This document shows, one piece after another, positions 52,043-64,000 of a stretch of DNA of 64,000 nt; positions within the stretch are counted from its first letter, which is position 1, and each line of letters starts with the position of its first letter. A model generated the notes under the pieces. That model saw nothing but the letters and a program-made list of their open reading frames with translations. It was not told the origin of the DNA and searched no databases. Source of the DNA: Eledone cirrhosa (lineage: Eukaryota); the NCBI GenBank assembly GCA_964016885.1, contig OZ024740.1, positions 202,120,001 to 202,184,000 of the forward strand, given 5' to 3'. The translations under genes and the position numbers were made by a program.

Positions 52043-52420
52043 ATCATCATCATCGTTTAACGTCCCTGTTCCACGCTTGCATGGGTTTGGACGGGGGTTT
52101 TCCCACTTGAGGCAAGAGTGGTTGTCTTGCTCGCATAGGACTGTCTGGCGTGTTTTCTACAGCTGGATGCCCTTCCTAACACCAACCACATTTACAGTGT
52201 GGGACTGGGAGGCTTTTACCGTGTTGCCTACATGGCCACATTACAGCGTGGACTGGGTGTTTTTTGTCGTGACACCTACACGATCTCATTTGTTTCGGCC
52301 TGGATGTTGTGGCACCAACATAACTTTGCATTGAAGGGGGCGGTGTGGATGGGGTGGGGGTGGTGGGACGGGGGTGTATTTTTTTAGAGATGCCTACTGA
52401 CTGTAGTAGGTTTTACTTTG
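52043..52420 (-). mobile_element. RTE 3' UTR copy (antiparallel to the neighbouring RTEs)
   Basis: Reverse complement of 56545-56935. Confidence 0.9.
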
Positions 52421-52496
52421 TATATATATATATATATATAAGACCATCAATTTCCCAAAACTGAACGTAAATACATTTAGAACAAACCTAAAGCTA

Positions 52497-52751
<255 letters not shown>

Positions 52752-52821
52752 CTACAAAACAGAAGGAGAAGAAAATCAATCAATTACAAAACCTTGATGT
52801 ACATTTGTTTGCAAGTTAAAT

Positions 52822-53010
52822 AATTGTTTCTACTTTTGGCACAAGGCCAGCAATTACCCAGTACATTACTGGTACTTTATTTTATCGACCCCGTACGGAT
52901 GAAAGGCAAAGGGAACCTCGGCGCGATTTGAACTCAAACCGTAAAGGGACGTAACTGTGCTGAAAAGCATGGCGTCCGACTCTCTACCGATACTGCCAAT
53001 CCACCGCCCT
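52822..53010 (-). mobile_element. tRNA-derived SINE with target-site duplication
   Basis: Full copy flanked by aagttaaataat on both sides. Confidence 0.9.
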
Positions 53011-53286
53011 GTAAGTTAAATAATGCATTGGTCTGCTGAAATATCCATGGTATTCATCAATAATCACTACAGCCAATTTCAGTTGAGTGGGTTACTGGTC
53101 AACGGCTCAAATATTGCGGTGAACAGGTCAATGTTGGTCAGTTAACCAGGTCATTAAGTTTTGGTCAACAGGTCAATGTTGACTAGTTGATTAGGTCAAT
53201 GTTGATCAACTGGTCAAATATACAGTTAACTAGGTCATTAGGTGTTTATATATATTTAATTAGAAATTGAACAACACAAAATATTA

Positions 53287-53354
53287 CTCCATTACCAAAG
53301 GTTTCTGGATCCCAGACAATAATAAAATACGTCTGGATCGGTCGTCAGACTGAG
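53287..53354 (-). ncRNA. Type I hammerhead motif in DCAF8 intron (sense orientation)
   Basis: CUCAGU CUGACGA CC GAUCCAGAC...GUCUGGGAUC CA GAAA CC-UUU-GG UA AUGGAG. Cores intact; stem I and the base of stem II are imperfect. Confidence 0.7.
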
Positions 53355-53658
53355 ATGTTATAGATAAAAGATATGAAATGAAATTTAAAATCTGTTAAAA
53401 ATTGGAAGTGAGGCTGGAAAAATAACGGGAAATATACATAAGAAAAGAAGGGTAAGAAAAAACAATATATAAAAAATAAAAATATATAGCAATATAGAAA
53501 AAGACGTGTACATACATATACACATATATACACATATTCAAATAAAAGGAAAAGATATATATATGTATATATAGAAACATGTATATATATATACATATAT
53601 ATATACAAACATACATGTACACGGACATACACATATATAGATGCACACACACACACAT

Positions 53659-53698
<40 letters not shown>

Positions 53699-54056
53699 AT
53701 ATACAGACATACATACAGACATAACAAATACACACTCACATATATCATATATATATATACATATACATGCATATATAAGGCACAGACAGAAGTGTATAGA
53801 CACACTAGTCTGCAAAAACATACATACACGAACACACACACACATATATATATATACAAAATGATACGGAAACGTCACATACACAAAACTAAAAATAGAT
53901 ACATGCATGAAAGTGTCCAGTCGAAGTATAAATTATCTTATGTTGTTTATTACATAACTAATAAGCTCTGTAGCCTACATAGAGCACTCTTTTTTCCTGT
54001 ACCTTTCCGACGGAATTACTTCATATATATATATATACATACATATACACATACAT

Positions 54057-54100
<44 letters not shown>

Positions 54101-54607
54101 TCATTATCATCATCATTTTACGTCCGCTCTTCCCTTCTTGCAAGGGTGGGACGGGAACAGATTCTGCCTTGATTTCTACAGCTGGATGCTCTTCCTAACA
54201 CCAACCTCATTTACAGTGAGTGATGGGTGCTTTTTTTCCGTGGCGCCTACACTTCCACTTTACAGTGTGGGCTGGGTGCTTTTTAGCCATGGCACCTCCA
54301 CGACCACTTTGCAGTGGAATGAAAGGGACCCCAGTCCCTATCATCTCATTTCTACAGCTGAGTAAACTGGAACAATGTGAAATAAAGTGTCGTGCTCAAG
54401 GAAACAACACATCATCCGGTCTGAGAATTGAACTCACAACCTTTCGATTGTAAGGCCAATGTTCTAACCACTAAGCCATGTGCCTATACATATATATATA
54501 TACATACATACATACATACACACATATATATATACATACATACACACATATATATACATACATACACACACATATATACATACATACACACACACACATA
54601 CATACAT

Positions 54608-54670
<63 letters not shown>

Positions 54671-54724
54671 CATATACACATGCACACACACATATATATA
54701 TATATACACATAAAATATATATAA

Positions 54725-55530
54725 AAATATATGTGTTAGGTGATTCCGAAGAGAAAGCAAAGGAAAAAAACGAGTGCTCAATGTATAGAACAGAGCATTA
54801 AAAATATATAAATATATTTTGTTATTGAAAGAATGTGTTAAATGCAAAGGAAAAACGAGTACTCTATGTATAGAACAGAGCTGTAAAAATATTTTGTTGT
54901 GATAAAGGCCCAGGGTGATAAAATAAGAGAGAATGTTCAGGAAGAGATTAAGTCAAAAAGTGAATATGTAAAATAAGTATAAAATAAAGTAAAATAAAAT
55001 AAGTGTTGAATATGTAAAGTAAGAGAGATTGTTCAAGATAAAAGCAAAGGAAAAGAAGAAATGAATAAAATAGGTGTAATATAAAATAAGGGCTTAACAT
55101 AAGTGTTGAATGTGTGATAAAGGTCCATAGTGTTTAAAGTAAGAAACAGTGTTCAAGGTATAATTTATGATAAGTGTTGAATGTGTGAAAAGGAGAGGGT
55201 GTTCAAGGTGGGTAAGCATCCAAAATGGTGTTTTGATAGCGAGAAAGGAGTTGAGTTCTTATATGTGGGCAAATTTTAAATATCTCAGAATTAGAGTTAA
55301 GACAGGTGTTGGGAAATTTCAGATTTTGTGTAATGCTATATTTTTCTGATACGCACAAGGTACACCTTCTTGTGCCTTTAACATATTCTTTTGATTTGTC
55401 TAAAATAGACCAATCAATTTCATATGGAATCCCACGCCCTTTCATCTGCCACATTATCTGCCAGCACCATAGTTTTCTTTTTATCCTGGTGTCGAAAGGA
55501 AGCGACATGTGCATAGTATCTCTTTTTAAA
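54725..55530 (-). mobile_element. 3' fragment of a second PLE lineage (Hydra-clade-like endonuclease end)
   Basis: WQMK...YEIDWSIL...Y..GTRRCTLCVSEK..I...LNSNSEIFKICPH matches the CxLC.xEK / LN..SE...C.H signature I recall for Hydra-type PLEs. The 3' tail ends in (TA)n. Confidence 0.7.
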
Positions 55531-55560
55531 GGTATATATATATATATGTATATATATATA

Positions 55561-56935
55561 TAGACCGGTTGCCCATGGGAACTCCTATACGCAGATGACC
55601 TAACACTCATAGCTGAATCAATGGCCGAGCTAGAGAAGAAATTCCAAACATGGAAGCACAGCCTAGAATCAAAAGGCCTTAAAATTAACCTGGCTAAGAC
55701 TAAAGTTCTAGTTTGTAAGAAAGAAAATAAGGCGGCGGTCCCTTCCGGGAAGTGGCCATGCTCAGTGTGTAGGAAAGGCGTAGGTAGAAACTCCATTTTA
55801 TGTCCCAAATGCAAAGTATGGGTGCATAAAAGATGTAGTAGGATCACAGGTAAGCTAACTAAGAACATAGATTTTACATGTGGCCGGTGCTCTGGTGCAA
55901 TAAGTAGCAGCAAGTGCCCACAAAATACTAGCTCTTTCAACTGCGCAGAGGGTTCTATAGAAATAGTGGACAGCTTCCGTTACCTGGGTGACAAAATCAG
56001 CAGTGGGGGAGGGTGCTCTGAAAGTACAGTAGCTAGAGTCAGAACTGGATGGAAAAAGATCAGAGAGCTTATACCACTATTAGCCGCTAAAGGGTTCTCC
56101 CTAAAAATGAAAGGCAGGTTGTACGATGCCTGCATACGAACAGCAATGTTGCATGGCAGTGAGACCTGGGCATTGTGTGCAGAGGATATACGCAGACTAG
56201 AGAGAAACGAAGCTTGCATGCTCCGCTGGATGTGTAATAGTAATATACGTGAACAGCAAAGCATAAACGAACTAAGGAAAAAATTAGAAATAAGAGGGAT
56301 CAGATGTTGTTTACTCGAGAGAAGGCTACGTTGGTATGGTCACGTGATGCGCATGAAGGACGATAGCTGTATAACAAAGTGCAGGGCAATAAAGATAGAC
56401 GGTAGCCACGGAATAGGCAGACCCAGAAAAACCTGAGACGAGCTGATAAATTCTGACCTCACACACTTACACCTCACCAAGACAATGTCACTGGACCGAG
56501 ACCTTTGGCGGTACTCAGTAATAGAGAAGACCCGCCTTACCTAAATACAAAGTAAAACCTACTACAGTCAGTAGGCATCTCTAACAAAATACACCCCCGT
56601 CCCACCACCCCCACCCCATCCACACCGCCCCTTTCAATGTAAAGTTATGTTGGTGCCACACCATCCAGGCCGAAACAAATGAGATCGTGTAGGTGTCAGG
56701 ACAAAAAAACACACAGTCCACGCTGTAATGTGGCCGTGTAGGCAACACGGTAAAAACCTCCCAGCCCCACACTGTAAATGTGGTTGGTGTTAGGAAGGGC
56801 ATCCAGCTGTAAAAAACCCGCCAGATAGTCCTATGCGAGCAAGATAATCACTCTTGCCTCAAGTGGGAAAACCCCCGCCCAAACCCATGCAAGCGTGGAA
56901 CACGGACGTTAAACGATGATGATGATGATGATGAT
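55561..56935 (+). mobile_element. 5'-truncated RTE LINE (RT C-half + PHD-like finger + 3' UTR)
   Basis: PWELLYADD...WPCSVC...LRWYGHVMRM..GRPRKT; (GAT)n tail. Confidence 0.95.
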
Positions 56936-57093
56936 TATATATATATATATATATATATATAATCATCATTCATCATCATTTCATTTTACGTCCGCTTTAT
57001 CCCTGCTTGCAAAGGTGGGATGGGAACTGATTCTGGCTTGATTTCTATAGCTGGATGCCCTTCCTAACACCAACCTCATTTACATATATTCAT

Positions 57094-57133
<40 letters not shown>

Positions 57134-57339
57134 GTAAGTCCACCTTACAAACTTCTGCAGATACTAACAGCCTCATGAAGAAAAAAAATGTTGCTTTGTT
57201 GTTTTCTTCTAGGGTGGGTTTCTTTTTGTGCACTCTTTCGGGCCCTAGGTTCCTTCTATTGCAGCATAAAAACAAGCCAAAAACGTATCTACAGTATGGG
57301 ATACCATTCTGCTTTGGCAGAATTGAAAAAGTACGTTTT

Positions 57340-57775
57340 TTCTTTAACAATGGATGTTATCGAACCGACTTGCTTGGGGTCTACCCCTCAGTCTCCTGCC
57401 GGTTGGTTTTACCCATAAAATTTGGCCAGCGATTCTTACCTGAGATATTCTAACTATATGCCTATGGTATCGGAGCTGTAATCTCTCAATTCGGAGTGAC
57501 TCTGTGATCTCTGAGCTACGCACTCTATTGAGTAACATTACTCCAAAGACTCATCGAAGGAACCCCATTCTGGCTGCTTGTATTCTTTCGGTCATTACCC
57601 AAGATTCATGACCATAGGCAACATTGGCACGAATACCGGATTGAAGATAGCAAGTTTGGCTTTTACGCGCCTACCTCCCTTCTTCTGATTACTGAATGCT
57701 GAAGCTGTTGCATTACTGAACCAGCTCCTGCAATTCTTGCACTTAATTCAGCCTCCTGCCTTCCATCACTTGGGT
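57340..57775 (-). mobile_element. Old RTE (Expander/Rex3-like) fragment
   Basis: ELSARI..A...YGHESWVMTER...GRRLRGRP. A related remnant lies at 47185-47340. Confidence 0.75.
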
Positions 57776-57886
57776 TTAATTGATAAATATGTTTTTTCAA
57801 TAATTTGTATGCAGCAGCCCTGGGTTGGGGACTACACACTTGGCAGGGGAGGAGGAACAAGATTCAAAGTTAAAAATTGAAAGTTA

Positions 57887-58081
<195 letters not shown>

Positions 58082-58911
58082 TCAACAAATATTCAATTTC
58101 AAACCATAAATAAATAGATTCTATTTCTTCCCAGTAGCATTTGTGTTTGTCATAGTTTCATCAATGTTTAACTAGCTGGATGCTCTTTCTATCACCAACT
58201 ACTTTACAATGTGGTCTTGGTGTATTTTATTGTACTATCAGCACTAGAGAGGTTGTCTGTACCAGGACTACAATGTGCCCTCTACACTTTGTCAGTTATA
58301 TTTGGAGTCACTGATCTCCTAGATAGTCAGCCATAGTAAAAGCAACCCGAGTCCACATTTCATGTCTAGTTCATATACAGAGTTACTGCTCTCCTAGATA
58401 GACTGTCTTTCTTGCAAGTATTTATTCAAAGTTACTGCTGTTATAGACAAGTTACATTCACTATAGCTGACAGTCTTTGTCTACTCTGTTACTCATAGTG
58501 TTTATATAAAATCACTGCTCTTCAAGACAGGTTGCCTTCACTATGGCTCATGAAGCCTCAATCTCCCCCGTGCAGTTTTTATACAGTATTAGTACTCTCC
58601 TTGATGGTCTGAGTTTCTTGCAAAGTCCACATTTACTCTGAGAAGATATTCAGTTAAAGTCTGCCCTACTATGTTGAATGAAGAAAATGGGACATTACTA
58701 TTTCTGTCAGACAAAGAAATACAGTAATTCTGGTACTGTTAAAGAGATAGGTTTATTTGCAGTTTTGATATTTAACATATGTACTGACATGTATTGTTTT
58801 CTACTGACATGTATTGTTTTCTAAGATATTGACAGACAAGTGCTTGGTATCAGCACTACAGAAGTAGTTATGTCTTTAACAGGACTAAAGGATACTATAT
58901 ATATATAATTG

Positions 58912-59078
58912 TTTTGTCTGACAAACGAGCTAAATGTTTCTGCAAGAATCATCTAGTTTCTCGAAACCTTCAGTAATGAAATAATTACATTGTGTTGTTT
59001 ATTATGTAATTTAATAGCTCTGTACAATAAATAGAGCACTCTTCTTTCCTTTACCTTTTCTACAGAAATACTTAACAC

Positions 59079-59080
<2 letters not shown>
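58912..59080 (+). mobile_element. PLE-type terminus with degenerate hammerhead
   Basis: UUUGU CUGACAA ...CUC GAAA C-CUUCA-G UA AUGAA, homologous to 53287-53354; shares the agagcactc tail with 53960-54020. Confidence 0.55.
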
Positions 59081-59120
<40 letters not shown>

Positions 59121-59123
<3 letters not shown>

Positions 59124-59865
59124 GCAGACTAGAGAGGAACGATATACGCAGACTAGAGAGGAACGAAGCTTGCATGCTCCGCTGGATGTGTAACAGTAAT
59201 ATACGTGAACGGCAAAGCATAAACGAACTAAGGAAAAAATTAGAGATAAGAGGGATCAGATGTTTACTCGAGAGAAGGCTGCGTTGGTATGGACACGTGA
59301 TGCGCATGAAAGTCGATAGCTGTATTACAAAGTGCAGGGCAATAAAGATAGACGGTAGCCACGGAATAGGCAGACCTAGAAAAACATGGGATGAGCTGAT
59401 AAACTCCGACCTCACACACTTACACCTCTCCAAGACAATGTCACTGGACCGTGACCTTTGGCGGTACTCAGTAACAGAGAAGACCCGCCTTGCCAGTAGG
59501 CATCTCTAACAAACTACACCCCGTCCCGCCACCACCCCCACCCCATCCACACCACCCCGTTCCATGTAAAGTTATGTTGGTGCCGCGCCATCCAGGCCGA
59601 AACAAACGAGATCGTGTAGGTGTCACGACAAAAAAACACACAGTCCACGCTGTAATGTGGCCGTGTAGGCAACACGGTAAAAACCTCCCAGACCCACACT
59701 GTAAATGTGGTTGGTGTTAGGAAGGGCATCCAACTGTAGAAAACCTGCCAGACAGTCCTATGCGAGCAAGACAATCACTCTTGCCTCAAGTGGGACTACC
59801 CCCGTCCAAACCCATGCAAGCGTGGAACACGGACGTTAAACGTTGATGATGATGATGATGATGAT
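59121..59865 (+). mobile_element. 5'-truncated RTE LINE
   Basis: Very similar to 47525-48207; short tandem duplication at the 5' junction. Confidence 0.92.
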
Positions 59866-60250
59866 ATATATATATATATCTATCTCATCATCATCGTTTA
59901 ATGTCTATCTTCCATATATATATATATATATATATCTCATCATCATAATCACTGTCCATTTTGCCATGCTAGCATGGGTTAGATGAGTAGTCCTGTTGTA
60001 AGAAATGCCAAGTCAAGTGACCATGAATTGTTCATACAGAACTGATTTTGGCTTGCTTTCTATACTTGGATGCCCTTCCTAACACCATTACGCTGTAAAT
60101 GCCGTTGGCATTAGGGAAGGCATCCAGCCATAGAAACCAAACCAGAAACAGTTCCATATGAGCAAGACAGTCATCTGATCTAACTTGTCTCACAATGGGA
60201 CAACTCATCTAGCCCATACTAGCATGGAAAATGGACATTAAACGGTAATG

Positions 60251-60291
<41 letters not shown>

Positions 60292-60593
60292 CATTATCAT
60301 CATCCTTTTAAGTCTGTTTTCCAGATTGTTACAGTCTGATATTAGACAGGTTGGAGTACCATGTCTCGCTAGCAATGGTTTCCATGGATACCAACCACAG
60401 TACACTTGACACAGTACACTGTGAATTTTCTCATGGTCCCAGCACTGGAGACGCTGCCTTGTATTTTGCAAGACTAAAAAGTACTCACACCTCTATAATC
60501 GCTATTAATTCAAGACAATTTAACAAAAGAGTATGTATAGGAGAGAGAGATGACAAGAAGAAACAGAATCAGTGGATGAAGGTAGTGAAGTTA

Positions 60594-60791
<198 letters not shown>

Positions 60792-61148
60792 TTAAAAATG
60801 AAGAATATCATATGTAGATTGGCAGTATCGGTAGAGCGTCAGACACAGTGCTTTCTGAGTTCAAATCCTGCCAAGGTTAGCTTTGCCTTTCATCCTTACG
60901 GGGTCAATAAAATAAAGCACCAGTAATGCACTGAGGTAGTTGCTGGATATGTGACATATCTTAAACTATATTTTACTCATAACAAAATGCCTGTTTGTTC
61001 TGTCTCACAGCATTCTAAGTTCAGATCATACCAAGGTTACTTTTTGCCTTTAATCCTTCTGGGTTAGATGACTAAAGTACTACAGCAGAGTCAGTGAATT
61101 GGCTTTGTGTGTTCCATCACCTTCTTCCAAGAGTTGTGACTGACAGTA

Positions 61149-61450
61149 TCAGCAATTGAAAAACCAATAGAAACCCTGTATCCTTGGTTCAATCTGACAA
61201 TCATCTCCTTCCCCCTTTTTTACATATGACTGATTCACTTTCCCTGTCCAACCCATGACCCCACCACCAACTTTACATTCACCATCCCTATCCAACCAAT
61301 GACAACATGGAAAGCCAGGTACATTCATTATAATGTCAAATACCACCCCCATGTCCTAAAGCTTCCTCTCCTGCAATGGGAGACCCCCTTTCCCTAGCAA
61401 ACAGCACCTATCTCATTTTTTACATCTCCCTTCACTCCTACCAATGCCTC
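61149..61450 (-). mobile_element. Very old LINE APE-domain remnant
   Basis: NVPGF...DR....GGGV motif typical of CR1/L2 endonucleases. Confidence 0.4.
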
Positions 61451-61553
61451 CCAACCTGGCCAAGGACATACCAAGCACTCTAGTATAACGAGGCACTGCT
61501 GGTGCTTCAATAAACATGTTGTGGTCTCTTGGATCAAATCACACCATCTTTAA

Positions 61554-62041
61554 ACCTTTTGTTACCATATTTCTAGTGTAAGACACTGTCTGTGATGTTC
61601 AATTAATTTTTTAAATAATCAAGAATTTAGAGACTTGTTAACATAACTGTCTCATTATTAAGCTGTTTGGAACGTCACTTAACAAAGGTTCTAACATAAA
61701 ATTATGGTAAGTTTTTAGATAAATATAACTTTAAAATAAACAATGTTGTATCATAGAACTTGGGTCGTATCAAGTGATTTAGTATCAAAAATATCAGAAC
61801 TTGGGTGGTATCAAGTGGTTTAGTATAAAAAATATTAGAACTTGGGTGGTATCAAGTGGTTTAGTATCAAAAATATCAGAACTTGGGTGGTATCAAGTGG
61901 TTTAGTATCAAAAATATCAAAACTTGGGTGGTATCAAGTGGTTTAGTATCAAAAATATTAGAACTTGGATGGTATCAAGTGGTTTAGTATAAAAAATATT
62001 AGAACTTGGGTGGTATCAAGTGGTTTAGTATCAAAAATATT
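61554..62041. mobile_element. TTAA MITE whose 3' subterminal segment is amplified as a 41-bp x7 array (61755-62041)
   Basis: Body homologous to 29961-30807; unit agaacttgggtggtatcaagtggtttagtatcaaaaatatc. Confidence 0.7.
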
Positions 62042-62223
62042 AAAACAAAGAAAGAATAGTGTACACTGTAGTCTGATAAAGAAAAACTATCTGAAATGAC
62101 AGGGTGGTCATGGCTAGACTGTCATTGATCCTATGTTTGTTGAAGTAGGGTTGACCTATGTTTAATCAACAACTACTACTACTCCATGTGATAAACTAAA
62201 ATAAGTAATACAATGATATTTAC

Positions 62224-62281
62224 CAGTTCCATTGTAGTTATAGCAGGCACATGTAGCATTGGCTTTTATGCTACTGTCAAT
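62224..62281 (-). CDS. DCAF8: DCAF8 internal exon (IDSSIKANATCACYNYNGT)
   Basis: cttcctag acceptor, gtaaat donor, 58 nt, phase 0/1. Corresponds to DCAF8 VNSESKANITCLVYSHDGT. Confidence 0.88.
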
Positions 62282-62686
62282 CTAGGAAGAAAGAAAATTA
62301 AGAATTTTTATAATGATAATGAAAATGATTGTGTACAGTGCTCAGGTGCACTACAACTCATCAAAGGTGCATGTATAGTACATAGAATAATGTACAAATG
62401 TCAGGAAAGTTGAAAATTATATCAGATATTAAAAAATTATATTCGACATTGAAAAGTGTTAGACACTGAAAATTATTTAGCATGACAATGACAGGGCTGA
62501 CCCTTTAAATTACAGGTAGTACTTAGTTTTGTCAATTGAGTAAAATGGATCAACATAAAATACAGTGTTTTGCTCAAGGACACAATGGGCTCTCAAGAAT
62601 CAAACTCAAGACGTCATGATCCTGAGCCAAACACTATAACCACTAAGCCACGCATAGAAAGACAACAGACTGAAAGATTTACTCAC

Positions 62687-62731
62687 TAAATGCTGAGGAC
62701 AAAACTTTTTTAGAACTCCATCATTGACAGT
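62687..62731 (-). CDS. DCAF8: DCAF8 internal exon (TVNDGVLKKFCPQHL)
   Basis: tttccag acceptor, gtgagt donor, 45 nt, phase 0/0. The peptide matches the DCAF8 motif NGVLKKFCPHHL as I recall it from vertebrate DCAF8. Confidence 0.9.
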
Positions 62732-63015
62732 CTGGAAAAAATACAATTAGATAATTGTTTTAACTCATTAATTTATACTTTCTTCATAGTAACGATGGCA
62801 ATGTCACATTAAAAGATCAACACACTAAATAATTCCTTCTTCCTCTTCTACACTCACATCTGTTGACTTTAGACAAACACTGGGTACTAGAGAAGGAGAG
62901 AGAGGCAGAGAGATAGAGACAGATAGAGAAGGAGAGAGGGGGCATGGAGTAGAGACAGATATATAGATAGATAGAGAGGGGGCATGGAGAAAGAGACAGA
63001 TAGAGAAGATAGAGA

Positions 63016-63116
<101 letters not shown>

Positions 63117-63297
63117 AGGTGTTTTTTATAATTTATATAAACATATCCTTTAAGCTGGTTTTTAAAAAGAATTGATTCAAATACTTAAATACTGAAAATA
63201 AAGTTTTTGTTTAAATATGAACCCTATAAAATTAGTTGCTTTGTTTAGTAAAAAAGGGGCAGGCCACTTATTAAAAGAATTAAAATATAATATTTAA

Positions 63298-63514
63298 CCC
63301 TTTAGCATTCACATTACTCTATATATACTATTGTATTTTCATGGTAAAGGCTTTATCTCACATAATTATCTCGCATAATATCGAATCTATGAGATCTTGA
63401 AAGTATTTATTTTGAGAATACCTTAACATCAGTTTGAGCGACCAGTTACAGCCAGTTTCAACAGAAAAAGGTAGAGAATTCTGGCCGGTTTTGGCCGGTT
63501 TGAACATTAAAGGG
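63298..63514. mobile_element. TTAA-flanked MITE (TIR CCCTTTAGCATT family)
   Basis: Colinear with 35646-35847. Confidence 0.8.
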
Positions 63515-64000
63515 TTAAAAAATGGAAATGAGCCCATCATCAGATTGGACCAAGGAAACAATGTTTCCATTGCTGATACAATCTACCAATTGCAGTTGTT
63601 AGTAGAATTTGAACAAAGAAAGAACTGAACTAGATCAAATACTGTAAAGTACTTATCTGACCTTAACAATTCCTCTAATTCACTACCCCTGGCATGGCAA
63701 GATTTGAACAAAGAGCACAGGGAACTGGAATAAATAGAGGTATTTCATCCTACACTCTAATGATACAGCCAATCCACCTCCTAATATCAAAAAGTGCCAC
63801 TAACAGGAAAATCTCATTTTATCAACTAAAATTTCTCCAAAGTGACATCCAAAAATTTATCATCAGCATTATGCCTCATTATGTCTGATGGTTGGCAAAT
63901 ATGTGCTGAACATCCTTCTCTATATCTTCCAGTTCAATAAATTTGTTGCTGATTATTTTTGCACAATGAAACAAAGAGATTTGTTTGCAGCCTGGTGCAG

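Noticed and set aside
53090-53240. Cluster of AGGTCA nuclear-receptor half sites
   Set aside because: Part of a short degenerate ~21-bp tandem repeat; no evidence of function.

Overview
AT-rich, repeat-dense animal genomic DNA, most likely an octopod cephalopod (inferred from the tRNA-derived SINE families, RTE tails and (TA)n density). The only host gene I can identify is the 3' half of DCAF8 (WDR42A) on the minus strand: seven phase-consistent GT-AG exons from 62731 to the stop at 38816. Its last intron is almost entirely a 7.2-kb, 30-bp minisatellite. The rest is retroelement and repeat DNA: a Penelope-like element (RT + GIY-YIG), a Hydra-like PLE 3' end, RTE and CR1 LINE fragments, many SINEs, TTAA- and hAT-type MITEs and several minisatellites. 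The most interesting hidden layer is about ten hammerhead-ribozyme (HHR) motifs in the short unique islands between (TA)n tracts. They include an intact type I HHR in a 317-nt unit whose head-to-tail junction is preserved in an adjacent inverted fragment, and an extended type I HHR in a 388-nt partial tandem. Both look like retrozyme-type circular-RNA retroelements. All folds and alignments were done by eye; no database search was run.
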